This document shows positions 1 to 7,396 of a stretch of 32,000 nt of DNA, in pieces. How positions within the stretch are numbered: the first letter of the stretch is position 1; every line of letters starts with the position of its first letter. Both the position numbers and the translations under genes were made by a program. Under the pieces are notes generated by a model. The model saw nothing but the letters and a program-made list of their open reading frames with translations, was not told the origin of the DNA and ran no database searches. The stretch spans positions 450,001-482,000 of the forward strand of contig NZ_CP007536.1 of assembly GCF_000698785.1 (NCBI RefSeq), read 5' to 3'. Origin of the DNA: Nitrososphaera viennensis EN76. GTDB lineage: Archaea > Thermoproteota > Nitrososphaeria > Nitrososphaerales > Nitrososphaeraceae.

Positions 1-2
1 TT

Positions 3-1424
3 GTGACAGACGACGGGGGCGAGTGCGACATGGACATCGGCAATTACGAACGCTTCATTGACACGTCGATGACCAAGGACCACAACATCACCACCGGCAG
101 GATATACATGGACGTGATAGCCGCCGAAAGGGAGGGCAAGTACCTCGGCCAGTGCGTCCAGATAATCCCACACGTGACTGACGCCATAAAGGCAAACCTG
201 CGCAGGACCGCAGAAAAAGAGAAACTGGACATCATGGTGGTGGAGTGCGGCGGCACGGTAGGCGACATTGAAAGCCTGCCGTTTCTAGAGGCGTTCCGGC
301 AGATGGCGCTTGAAGTGGGGAGGCAGAACACTCTTTTTATCCACGTCACACTTGCGCCAGTGCTCGACGTAGTAGGGGAGCAAAAGACAAAGCCGACGCA
401 GCACAGCGTGCAGGAGCTGCGCAGGATAGGAATCCAGCCTGACATAATTGCTGTCAGGTGCAAGACGCCGCTGACTCCTGACGCAAGGCGCAAGATCTCG
501 CTCTTTGCAAGCGTGGAGCAGCAGAACGTCATTTCGTGCCACGACGCGCCTTCCATCTACAAGGTGCCCGAGGTGATTGAAAGCCAGGGCATGCTAAAGG
601 TGGTGGCGCAGGGCCTCTCGCTGAAGCGCAGCAAGCCGAAATGGGGCGACTGGAAAAAGGTCGCAAGCTCGTTTTCAGACTACAATGGCTCTGTCAAGAT
701 AGCAGTCGTCGGCAAGTACGTCACGCTGCCGGACAGCTACGTCAGCGTCTACCACGCGCTGTCGCATGCAGGCGCAAGCATCGGCAAAAAGGTGGAAATA
801 GACTGGATCGACTCGGAGAAATTCGAGAACGGCGGCGAGAAAAAGGTCGCCTTGCTAAATGACTACCAGGGAATCCTTGCGCCAGGCGGCTTTGGCAAGC
901 GCGGAAGCGAAGGAATCATCAGCGCGGCAAACTTTGCACGCGAAAACGAAGTGCCGTACCTCGGCATCTGCTTTGGCTTTCAGCTGGCCATAGTCGCCTT
1001 TGCCCGACACGTCTGCGGCATGGCAGGCGCCAACTCGACCGAGCTTGACCTACACACCAAGAACCCGGTTGTTGACTTTATGCCGGAGCAGCGCAACGTA
1101 CACGACATGGGAGGGACAATGCGCCTTGGCGCGCACGACATTGCAGTCACGCCGGGAACGCTTGCACACAAGCTGTACGGCGCAACGACGATAAGGCGCA
1201 GGCACCGGCACCGCTACGAGTTCAACCAGAACTACCTCGACGCGGTGACAAAGGCAGGGCTCGTGCTGTCGGCGCACTCTGACAGCGGCAGGCGCATGGA
1301 GATACTTGAAATCCCAGACCACAAGTTCTACTTTGCCGTGCAGTACCATGCCGAGTTTTCAAGCAGGCCCGGCAAGCCCGAGCAGGCGTTTGACGCCTTC
1401 GTAAGGGCAGCGGCTAGATCTTGA
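3..1424 (+). CDS. pyrG: CTP synthase, 5'-truncated by the window edge (roughly the first 60 aa are missing)
   Basis: It has synthetase-domain stretches (DMDIGNYERF, KTKPTQHSVQELR) and a C-terminal class I glutamine amidotransferase (GICFGFQ, HRHRYEFN, QYHAEF). The frame stays open to position 1, so the GTG at 3 is internal. Confidence 0.95.
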   Translation: MTDDGGECDMDIGNYERFIDTSMTKDHNITTGRIYMDVIAAEREGKYLGQCVQIIPHVTDAIKANLRRTAEKEKLDIMVVECGGTVGDIESLPFLEAFRQMALEVGRQNTLFIHVTLAPVLDVVGEQKTKPTQHSVQELRRIGIQPDIIAVRCKTPLTPDARRKISLFASVEQQNVISCHDAPSIYKVPEVIESQGMLKVVAQGLSLKRSKPKWGDWKKVASSFSDYNGSVKIAVVGKYVTLPDSYVSVYHALSHAGASIGKKVEIDWIDSEKFENGGEKKVALLNDYQGILAPGGFGKRGSEGIISAANFARENEVPYLGICFGFQLAIVAFARHVCGMAGANSTELDLHTKNPVVDFMPEQRNVHDMGGTMRLGAHDIAVTPGTLAHKLYGATTIRRRHRHRYEFNQNYLDAVTKAGLVLSAHSDSGRRMEILEIPDHKFYFAVQYHAEFSSRPGKPEQAFDAFVRAAARS

Positions 1425-2415
1425 GCTCGTAGATCCTCTGCCTTGCGTCGCGAAGCGACGTCTTTTTCTTGACGTACCCGCCCTCGATGAGGTGGGAAAG
1501 CGAGAGCCGGATTGTGCGCTCTGGGAGCATCGTCCTTGTGGCAAGGTCCTTCTGGCTGAGCGCGCCCTCGTACTCTAGCGTTTTCAGTATCAGTTTCGCG
1601 CTTGGAGGCATCTTTAGCATGTCCTCTGCCAGGCGCACCTTCTTGGCCATGAGCGACGCCGCGGAATCGTCGGCGGTGCGCACAAGCCGCGCAGGGAATG
1701 CGTGCTTGGAGCATTCTAGTATGTTTTTCACCCGGACGCGCCTTCCGCCGTCCAGGACTACCTCGCAGTGGTAGCGGCTGGTAATGTCTGCAATCTCGAT
1801 ACTGGCGTCGTTTGGGACGACGAGGGGCCTGCGGGTGTTGTCAAGCGAGTTTACAGAGACCACGACAAACACCTGCGATTTTTGAATCACCATCGGCCCG
1901 CCGGCGGACATGGTGTACGCAGTCGATCCTGTTGGAGTGGATATTATCACGCCGTCGCTGTTGTCGTGCCAGATGTCCCTTCCGTCTATCTTCAATACAT
2001 GCTCCATCAAAGTCGCGCTCTTGCTCGGGAAAACAGCGACGTCGTTAAGCACAGGGTCGACTTCCTTTCCGTCGACCCTTACTGCAAGCCGGAAAACCTC
2101 GTCGACCTTGTACTCGCCCCTTTTCAGGCGCGCAGTCGCCTTTTCCAGGTCGCGAACATCCAGCTGGGCAAGAAAGCCGGTAGAGTCAGTCTCGTAGATG
2201 CCAAGCACTGGCGCAGAGGCGGCAGTCACCTTGTGAAAGTATTCCAGGATGCCCCTGTCGCCGCCGGCGACAAGTACCATGTCGACCTCTGAAGCCGTGC
2301 CATAGTCGCCATCCCTCATTATCTGGGATTTGACGCCGAGAGAATCAAGGGTCTTTTTCATCTTTGTGAGAAGTGCGCCATCGCGCGAGTCGACACCCCA
2401 GAGGGCTACCTTCAT
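1414..2415 (-). CDS. nadK: NAD kinase with a C-terminal winged-helix (MarR/TrmB-like) domain
   Basis: It carries NAD kinase motifs: VAGGDRG (a GGDG variant), LNDVAVF and DGVIISTPTGSTAYTMSAGGPMV. The last ~65 aa (LSQKDLATRTMLPERTIRLSLSHLIEGGYV...RIYELKI) read as a wHTH. The start is ATG, and the 3' end overlaps pyrG by 11 bp (convergent). Confidence 0.9.
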   Translation of the reverse strand: MKVALWGVDSRDGALLTKMKKTLDSLGVKSQIMRDGDYGTASEVDMVLVAGGDRGILEYFHKVTAASAPVLGIYETDSTGFLAQLDVRDLEKATARLKRGEYKVDEVFRLAVRVDGKEVDPVLNDVAVFPSKSATLMEHVLKIDGRDIWHDNSDGVIISTPTGSTAYTMSAGGPMVIQKSQVFVVVSVNSLDNTRRPLVVPNDASIEIADITSRYHCEVVLDGGRRVRVKNILECSKHAFPARLVRTADDSAASLMAKKVRLAEDMLKMPPSAKLILKTLEYEGALSQKDLATRTMLPERTIRLSLSHLIEGGYVKKKTSLRDARQRIYELKI

Positions 2416-2455
2416 TAACCGCCTTCCTATGCGCGCCGCCTGATTTAAAGCTAGA

Positions 2456-3373
2456 TTAGAGCCGCTTGAAGCTTACCGTGTTGTAAAAGTACGAGGCGCT
2501 TGATTCTATCTTGTTCATGGGCGGGATCTTGGCAAGGCCCGGCTCTTTTGTCTCAAGCGCGGCACGCAGCGCGCCGGCGCCAAAGCATATTGCCCACAGC
2601 GGATCCTTTTCCTTCACATAGCCGCATGCAAAGCCTGCCGCAAGTATGTCGCCGGCGCCAGTCGAGTCCGGCGTGTCAATGTCGCGCAGTTTTATCCAGT
2701 AGTGCATGTCCTTGTGGAGCAGGTGAACGACCCTGTGCTCGGTTGCCACGACAAACTCGACTCCCCTTGCCTGCAGCGCCCGCATCCCCTCCAAGCCTTC
2801 CATTCCGCCAGTCAATGCGGACATTTCCTGCCTGTCGACCTTGAGCGCGGTTATCCCCGAAAGGTCGATGTCGAGTTTGTCGACAAAAGAGATGCTGCCG
2901 CCGTCAGGCCCTGCCCTGCGCATGTAGCCCTGCGGATCCAGCATCACAAAGTTCTTTTTTCCGCGGTGTTTCTTTATCGCGACAAGCGTATCTGGCGGGA
3001 CCTCGTCAATTACCGGACTTGCGAGCCAGCAGTCGACCTTCGCATCCTGTATTTGCCGCTCTGAAACCGGCTCGCACCTTGACTGCAGGAACAGCCTGCG
3101 CAAGTCGCCTTCCATTTCGAGCCGGAAACGCGTCGTTTGCGCGTCCTTGGCGACGTGCCTGTCTTCTTTTAAGGTGATGCTGTTGTCACGAAGAAAGTTC
3201 CGCTGCTCTTCGGGAAAATCGCCTCCCACCCTTGTCGCAAGCTCGACGTCGAAGCCAAAGCGCCTTGCGGTTATCCCGCAGTAGCAAGGCGGGCCTCCCA
3301 TGCTCTCAACCACTGTGCCGTCTGCGCCCTTTATCGTGTCAAGGACAACGTGGGAGGCGATGCCTATCTTCAA
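2456..3373 (-). CDS. PfkB/ribokinase-family carbohydrate kinase (substrate unknown)
   Basis: It has the C-terminal PfkB signature DSTGAGDILAAGFACGY and an N-terminal KIGIASHVVLD strand. The start is TTG at 3373, with a TATA-like CCTTTTATTAC 29-39 nt upstream. Confidence 0.85.
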   Translation of the reverse strand: MKIGIASHVVLDTIKGADGTVVESMGGPPCYCGITARRFGFDVELATRVGGDFPEEQRNFLRDNSITLKEDRHVAKDAQTTRFRLEMEGDLRRLFLQSRCEPVSERQIQDAKVDCWLASPVIDEVPPDTLVAIKKHRGKKNFVMLDPQGYMRRAGPDGGSISFVDKLDIDLSGITALKVDRQEMSALTGGMEGLEGMRALQARGVEFVVATEHRVVHLLHKDMHYWIKLRDIDTPDSTGAGDILAAGFACGYVKEKDPLWAICFGAGALRAALETKEPGLAKIPPMNKIESSASYFYNTVSFKRL

Positions 3374-3557
3374 TGCGATTGCTGCCTTTTTCTTGCAAAG
3401 TGTAATAAAAGGGCTTTTTTGGGCGCCCCTGCAACCTTTTTTGGGATGGCGGTGCAGAGACGCTTGCCCTTGAGAGTATATAGGCCTGCATCCTAGCTAT
3501 AAGCTTTATGGGCAAACTTTTCTGACCCTGTGCCCCTTTTTCGCACAATAATCACAA

Positions 3558-3567
3558 GCTTTAAAGT
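3558..3567 (+). promoter_or_regulatory. TATA box (GCTTTAAAGT) for rps26e, implying a leaderless mRNA
   Basis: The TTTAAA core at 3560-3565 lies about 27 nt upstream of the ATG at 3590. Confidence 0.5.
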
Positions 3568-3589
3568 ATGGCGGATGGCAATCTCGCCT

Positions 3590-3877
3590 ATGCCAAAGAA
3601 ACGAGCAAGCCGTGGCCGTTCCAAGGGAGGCAAGGGCAGTTCAGGTGTTGTGCACTGCAGCCAGTGCGGCGCTCTTGTTCCTCGCGACAAGGCCAAGAAG
3701 GTCACAGGCAGGATCACGCTTGTCGAGCCTACACTTGCCAAGGAGCTAAAGGCGCAGGGTGCTTACATCCCGATGTCGACGGACGTCAAGTTCTATTGCG
3801 TATCGTGTGCCGTCCACAGGGGAATCGTAAAGGTTAGATCAGAGGCAGAACGCCGTACGGGCGGAAGGCTCTGGTAA
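3590..3877 (+). CDS. rps26e: 30S ribosomal protein S26e
   Basis: The protein begins MPKKRASRGRSKGGKGSSGVVHCSQCGALVPRDKAKK and has a second Cys pair (YCVSCAVH), as expected for an S26e zinc ribbon. The track ORF starts at GTG 3530, but the conserved N-terminus and the TATA position favour ATG 3590. Confidence 0.9.
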   Translation: MPKKRASRGRSKGGKGSSGVVHCSQCGALVPRDKAKKVTGRITLVEPTLAKELKAQGAYIPMSTDVKFYCVSCAVHRGIVKVRSEAERRTGGRLW

Positions 3878-3883
3878 ACCCAA

Positions 3884-3888
3884 TTTTT
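3884..3888 (+). terminator. Oligo-T run downstream of rps26e
   Basis: A T5 tract lies 7 nt after the stop codon. This matches the archaeal oligo-T termination signal, but the support is weak. Confidence 0.3.
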
Positions 3889-3902
3889 CTACCACTATTA
3901 TA

Positions 3903-4511
3903 TTACAACTTTTTCGCAGTCGCCACTATCCTCTGCACCAGCGTAATCCCTGCGACTATGGACACGATTATCACTGCCCATTCTAGCGCGCCATCATTTG
4001 CCGGCGTACCGTCAAACGGTATGAACCCGATTATCGCAAGGATCAGCATGCGCTCGGCCCGCTCGCCGATGCCGATGCCCTTCAGCTCCACCCCAAGCGA
4101 CTCAGCCCTTGCGCGCGTGTAGCTCACAAGCAAGGACATCCCAAGGCCGACCATGCACCACACAGGGTTTGCAAGGCCGCCGACGGCGATGCCTATGAAA
4201 ACGACCACTTCGGCAATCTTGTCAAACGACGAGTCAAGAAAAGCCCCCTTCTTTGACGCCTGCTTTGTCACGCGTGCGACGGCGCCGTCTATCATGTCGA
4301 AAAACCCGGACACGAGCAAGAGCACGCCTCCGATTACAGCGGCAACGTATGCCCCAGCTCCAAAGGATGCCGACGCGTACGCGGCGCCGGCGGCAAGTGC
4401 CAGTGCAAGGCCGACCCCTGTCCAAAAGTTGGCCGAAAGCCCGGTCGATGCAAAGCCCGACCCGAGCTTCTCCATAGTAGGCTGGAGCGAGTCGCGCAGC
4501 TTGTTTAGCAA
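3903..4511 (-). CDS. CDP-alcohol phosphatidyltransferase family protein (possibly archaetidylinositol-phosphate or archaetidylserine synthase-like)
   Basis: It has the family signature D-G-x2-A-R-x8-G-x3-D-x3-D (DGAVARVTKQASKKGAFLDSSFDKIAE) in a polytopic 202-aa protein. The start is TTG at 4511, with a TATA-like ACTATTATG 25-33 nt upstream. Confidence 0.85.
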   Translation of the reverse strand: MLNKLRDSLQPTMEKLGSGFASTGLSANFWTGVGLALALAAGAAYASASFGAGAYVAAVIGGVLLLVSGFFDMIDGAVARVTKQASKKGAFLDSSFDKIAEVVVFIGIAVGGLANPVWCMVGLGMSLLVSYTRARAESLGVELKGIGIGERAERMLILAIIGFIPFDGTPANDGALEWAVIIVSIVAGITLVQRIVATAKKL

Positions 4512-4571
4512 CTGTTATGCTGATACCTGTATGCCTGCATAATAGTTTACTGCAACATTATCAGGCCTGAT

Positions 4572-4823
4572 TCACCAGAGCTGACCAAGCTCTCTGCGCA
4601 CCAACTCGATGATTATCTCTGCTCCTGCGCCAAGCACTGCTTCAAGCGCCTTTTCAACGTCCATCAAGGACGACTGCCCGTTTCCTTCAAAAGAGATGCG
4701 ATGAGATTCCACCAGCCGGTGCATAAGCACGTTTTTTGGATCTTCGCCCAGGATGTTGTCGAGCGCTTTCTCTACTGCCCTGCGAAGGTCAGGATTGTGA
4801 GGATTTGCAGATGCAAGGGACAA
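4572..4823 (-). CDS. Hypothetical 83-aa helical protein, likely co-transcribed with the response regulator
   Basis: The ORF starts at TTG 18 nt downstream of the response regulator stop on the same strand. Its composition is acidic and helical (AVEKALDNILGEDPKNV...DVEKALEAVLGAGAEIIIELV), and I recognise no motif. Confidence 0.5.
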   Translation of the reverse strand: MSLASANPHNPDLRRAVEKALDNILGEDPKNVLMHRLVESHRISFEGNGQSSLMDVEKALEAVLGAGAEIIIELVRRELGQLW

Positions 4824-4841
4824 GGCGCCTTTCCACGTCCT

Positions 4842-5372
4842 CTAAAAGGTCCTTCCCTTTTGCAACTTTTTCAGCCCTTCAAGCAATGCCGATACCTGCT
4901 CATGCGAGGGATTCGTGCTTTTTAGCTGGTCCACCTTTACGTTGAGCGCCTTGAGCCCGTCATAGATTTCCTTGTCTTCAAGGGTGTCTATCAGCGCTTT
5001 TATCCTGAACGGCTTTTGCAGCAATTCTACAACCCGGTTCAGCTGGTTTACCGAGTCAAGCAGGGTTTCTCTAACATATGCTGAAGCAAATATGATGCGC
5101 TGGCGCGGGTAGAGGGCGAGTATCTCCTGCGCCACTTCCATGCCGTCCTTTTTGGGCATGCGGTAATCCAGCAAGACCGCGTCAAAGGGGGAGCGCATGT
5201 GCATTCTTGCTTCGCCCCCTGTGGTTTTTGCAAATTCTTCATAATGCCGCTTGTAGACGTTGACGCAGTCCTTGCCGTTTTCCGTGGCCACGACCTCGTG
5301 GCCCTGTGCACTGAGCGCAATTCTGTACGCGTCCAGAACGTCGCGTTCATCCTCTGCGATCAGTATCTTCAT
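4842..5372 (-). CDS. Response regulator: a receiver domain plus a short helical C-terminal tail, with no recognisable DNA-binding output
   Basis: REC signatures are present: ILIAEDERD, the phospho-acceptor D in AVLLDYRMPKKDG, IIFASAY and LLQKPF. An ~18-aa insertion precedes beta-3. The C-terminal ~50 aa (IKALIDTLEDKEIYDGLKALNVKVDQLK...) are helical. Confidence 0.9.
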   Translation of the reverse strand: MKILIAEDERDVLDAYRIALSAQGHEVVATENGKDCVNVYKRHYEEFAKTTGGEARMHMRSPFDAVLLDYRMPKKDGMEVAQEILALYPRQRIIFASAYVRETLLDSVNQLNRVVELLQKPFRIKALIDTLEDKEIYDGLKALNVKVDQLKSTNPSHEQVSALLEGLKKLQKGRTF

Positions 5373-5381
5373 TTTTCCTAA

Positions 5382-5398
5382 AACAGGGCCTACCTGTT
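5382..5398. repeat. Inverted repeat AACAGG-N5-CCTGTT between the response regulator TATA box and its start codon
   Basis: The 6-bp arms and 5-nt spacer were read directly from the sequence. Confidence 0.5.
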
Positions 5399-5406
5399 AA
5401 TAAGGC
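5397..5406 (-). promoter_or_regulatory. TATA-like element (CCTTATTAAC on the minus strand) for the response regulator
   Basis: It lies 25-34 nt upstream of the ATG at 5372. Confidence 0.4.
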
Positions 5407-5414
5407 TGTCCAGT

Positions 5415-5438
5415 TCTTTTCATTTTTTATTGAAAAGA
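5415..5438. repeat. AT-rich inverted repeat TCTTTTCA-N8-TGAAAAGA in the divergent RR/HK intergenic region
   Basis: The 8-bp arms were read directly from the sequence. Confidence 0.5.
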
Positions 5439-5566
5439 TGAAATTTTGCAACAAACAATGATTGGCTATGTGAAAATGAGTGCGATAAAATCGAGTGAAC
5501 TTGCCTTTCCTATGATTTGTTAAAATACTACGTAGAGCATGACAATAACCAATAAAAGAACCATAA

Positions 5567-7267
5567 ATGGCAAATAACAAGTCATTTATTTCCAATAACG
5601 AGACGCAGGCCAGAGAAACCAGGTCAGGCCTGCTGGCCACCCTGGTCAAGTATACCATAGTGCCGTCAATACCGCTCGTCGCCATCGCAATCGTGTCTAC
5701 CAACCTGAGCCTCTGGGTAGGAAACGACACCCACCACTTTTACTTTGAGCTGTTTGCAGTAGTGTTTGCCGCAATAGTGGCCATCTATGGGCTTTTCCGC
5801 GCATACCAGACAAAGGACAGGTTCAGCCTTTTGATCGGCCTTGCATACCTTACCAGCGCCATTATCGACGCGCTCCACGCATCGCTTTCCTACAATGCGG
5901 CAAACGAAACGCTGTTTCTGGGCTACTTCATACCCCAGACATGGTTTGCAGGAAGGACGTTCATCAGTTCAGTGATGGTCATTGCCATACTCAGGTACGC
6001 AACACCATCAATCAAGACGCTGGCAGGTACGCCGCCACCACAACAACCGGATGGAGAAGACATCCAGCGCGAGGAAAAACCAGACCGGTACGCAGCAACT
6101 ATGCCGGCGCCTGCACGGCGCGGGGCGCTTGACAAGCCGCTTGTTTCTCTGTCCATCATAATACTGACAATAGTCAGTGCGACGTTTCTGACGGTAATCT
6201 CTTTTTTCACGGTCCTTCCAAACATCGTAATCGGCTTTCCCATCCACAGGCCCTATGAAATCCCGCCACTGTTCCTGTTTTCACTTGCCCTGTTCCTCTT
6301 TTACAAGAAAAAAGTCTACAGGATAAACGACGTATTTTACAAGGGAATCCTGGCTTCTCTGATGCTTGACGTGTACAGCCAGATCATAATGGCGTATTCT
6401 GCAAATCCATTTGACACCGCCCACAATGTTTCACACATCCTAAAGGACGCAAGCTACTTTACCAACATCATTTCGCTCGCCCTGTCAAGCATACAGTACA
6501 ACAAGATCGTCAAGCAGAACGAGCAGCTGATCCGTGCAAGCTACGAAAGGCTCAAGGCCGCCGACAAGATAAAGGACGACTTTATCAACATAGCAGCGCA
6601 CGAGCTCAGGACGCCACTCCAGCCTATCATAAGCTACAGCGACCTGGCGCTGAACGGGATGGCAGACAAGGACGAGGCTCTGAAGGTAATCGACCGGCAG
6701 GCCAAGAGGCTGCAGAAACTTTCTTCGGACATCCTGGACGTGAGCAGGATAGAAAGCGGCAACCTGTCGTACGCGATTGAAAAGGTGCAGATAAACGAAG
6801 CCGTGCTAGAGGCTGCAAATTCGCAGAAATTGAGCTCGCAAAACGTGGAGATGCAGACGCGGTTTGCCACGCCGCCAGGTATGACGATAGAGGCGGACAG
6901 GAGCCGCATCATGCAGGTGCTCACAAACATCATCGGCAACGCTGCAAAATTCACAAAGCAGGGCTTTATCAGAATCGAGACCCGTTATTTTGCCGAGCTG
7001 AACAGGCTTGACATCATTATCAGCGACACCGGCCCGGGCATCCCGGCCGAGATACTTCCAAACCTCTTTGGCAAGTTTGTCACAAAAAATGCGGGGTCCG
7101 AGAATTACTACGGTACGGGCCTCGGGCTTTTCATAAGCAAGGCAATAGTCGCCGCCCACAACGGCAGGATCTCTGCACGCAATGGCGAGGCCGGCGGGGC
7201 GGTGTTCGAGATCTCCCTGCCAATCACCCAGGTGGAAAAAATGAAAAACCGCGTTGCCGAGCTTTAG
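5567..7267 (+). CDS. Sensor histidine kinase with a polytopic membrane sensor region
   Basis: It has an H-box (FINIAAHELRTPLQPI) and HATPase_c boxes (NIIGNAAKFT, DTGPGI, GTGLGLFISK). The N-terminal ~310 aa contain multiple hydrophobic helices interrupted by a Pro/Gln/Glu-rich hydrophilic segment. Confidence 0.9.
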   Translation: MANNKSFISNNETQARETRSGLLATLVKYTIVPSIPLVAIAIVSTNLSLWVGNDTHHFYFELFAVVFAAIVAIYGLFRAYQTKDRFSLLIGLAYLTSAIIDALHASLSYNAANETLFLGYFIPQTWFAGRTFISSVMVIAILRYATPSIKTLAGTPPPQQPDGEDIQREEKPDRYAATMPAPARRGALDKPLVSLSIIILTIVSATFLTVISFFTVLPNIVIGFPIHRPYEIPPLFLFSLALFLFYKKKVYRINDVFYKGILASLMLDVYSQIIMAYSANPFDTAHNVSHILKDASYFTNIISLALSSIQYNKIVKQNEQLIRASYERLKAADKIKDDFINIAAHELRTPLQPIISYSDLALNGMADKDEALKVIDRQAKRLQKLSSDILDVSRIESGNLSYAIEKVQINEAVLEAANSQKLSSQNVEMQTRFATPPGMTIEADRSRIMQVLTNIIGNAAKFTKQGFIRIETRYFAELNRLDIIISDTGPGIPAEILPNLFGKFVTKNAGSENYYGTGLGLFISKAIVAAHNGRISARNGEAGGAVFEISLPITQVEKMKNRVAEL

Positions 7268-7396
7268 ATACCGAAATAAAATTATTCAACTGCATGTGCG
7301 CGTTTCCAGTGGCCCACAAGAATTCTAGTAGCCTTAAAAGAATTAGCTGATCTACAACAGACTTGATGGTAGCTCGGGAAAATCAATTATAATTCC

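Noticed and set aside
3474-3541. A possible tiny ncRNA driven by GAGTATATAGG and ending at the T5 run upstream of rps26e.
   Set aside because: The predicted product is only ~35 nt, with no stable structure or known box motifs. It is more simply explained as AT-rich bidirectional promoter sequence between the PfkB gene and rps26e.
3530-3589. An N-terminal 20-aa extension of S26e from GTG 3530, as given in the ORF track.
   Set aside because: S26e proteins begin with the conserved MPKKR motif. The TATA box at 3558-3567 lies inside the extension and places the TSS at about 3590.
4842-4930. A recent gene fission: the response regulator tail and the 83-aa protein once formed a single ORF, split by a nonsense mutation.
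   Set aside because: The two reading frames are separated by a clean stop plus an 18-nt spacer. The shared SxNP pattern is short and the nucleotide similarity is weak, so I mention it only as a hint within the two-component finding.
7268-7396. A possible C/D-box sRNA in the HK/PQQ-dehydrogenase convergent gap (CTGA at 7349 and TGATGG at 7366).
   Set aside because: There is no proper C box (RUGAUGA) upstream and no terminal D box at the required spacing on either strand. The elements are also in the wrong order for a complete C/D RNA.
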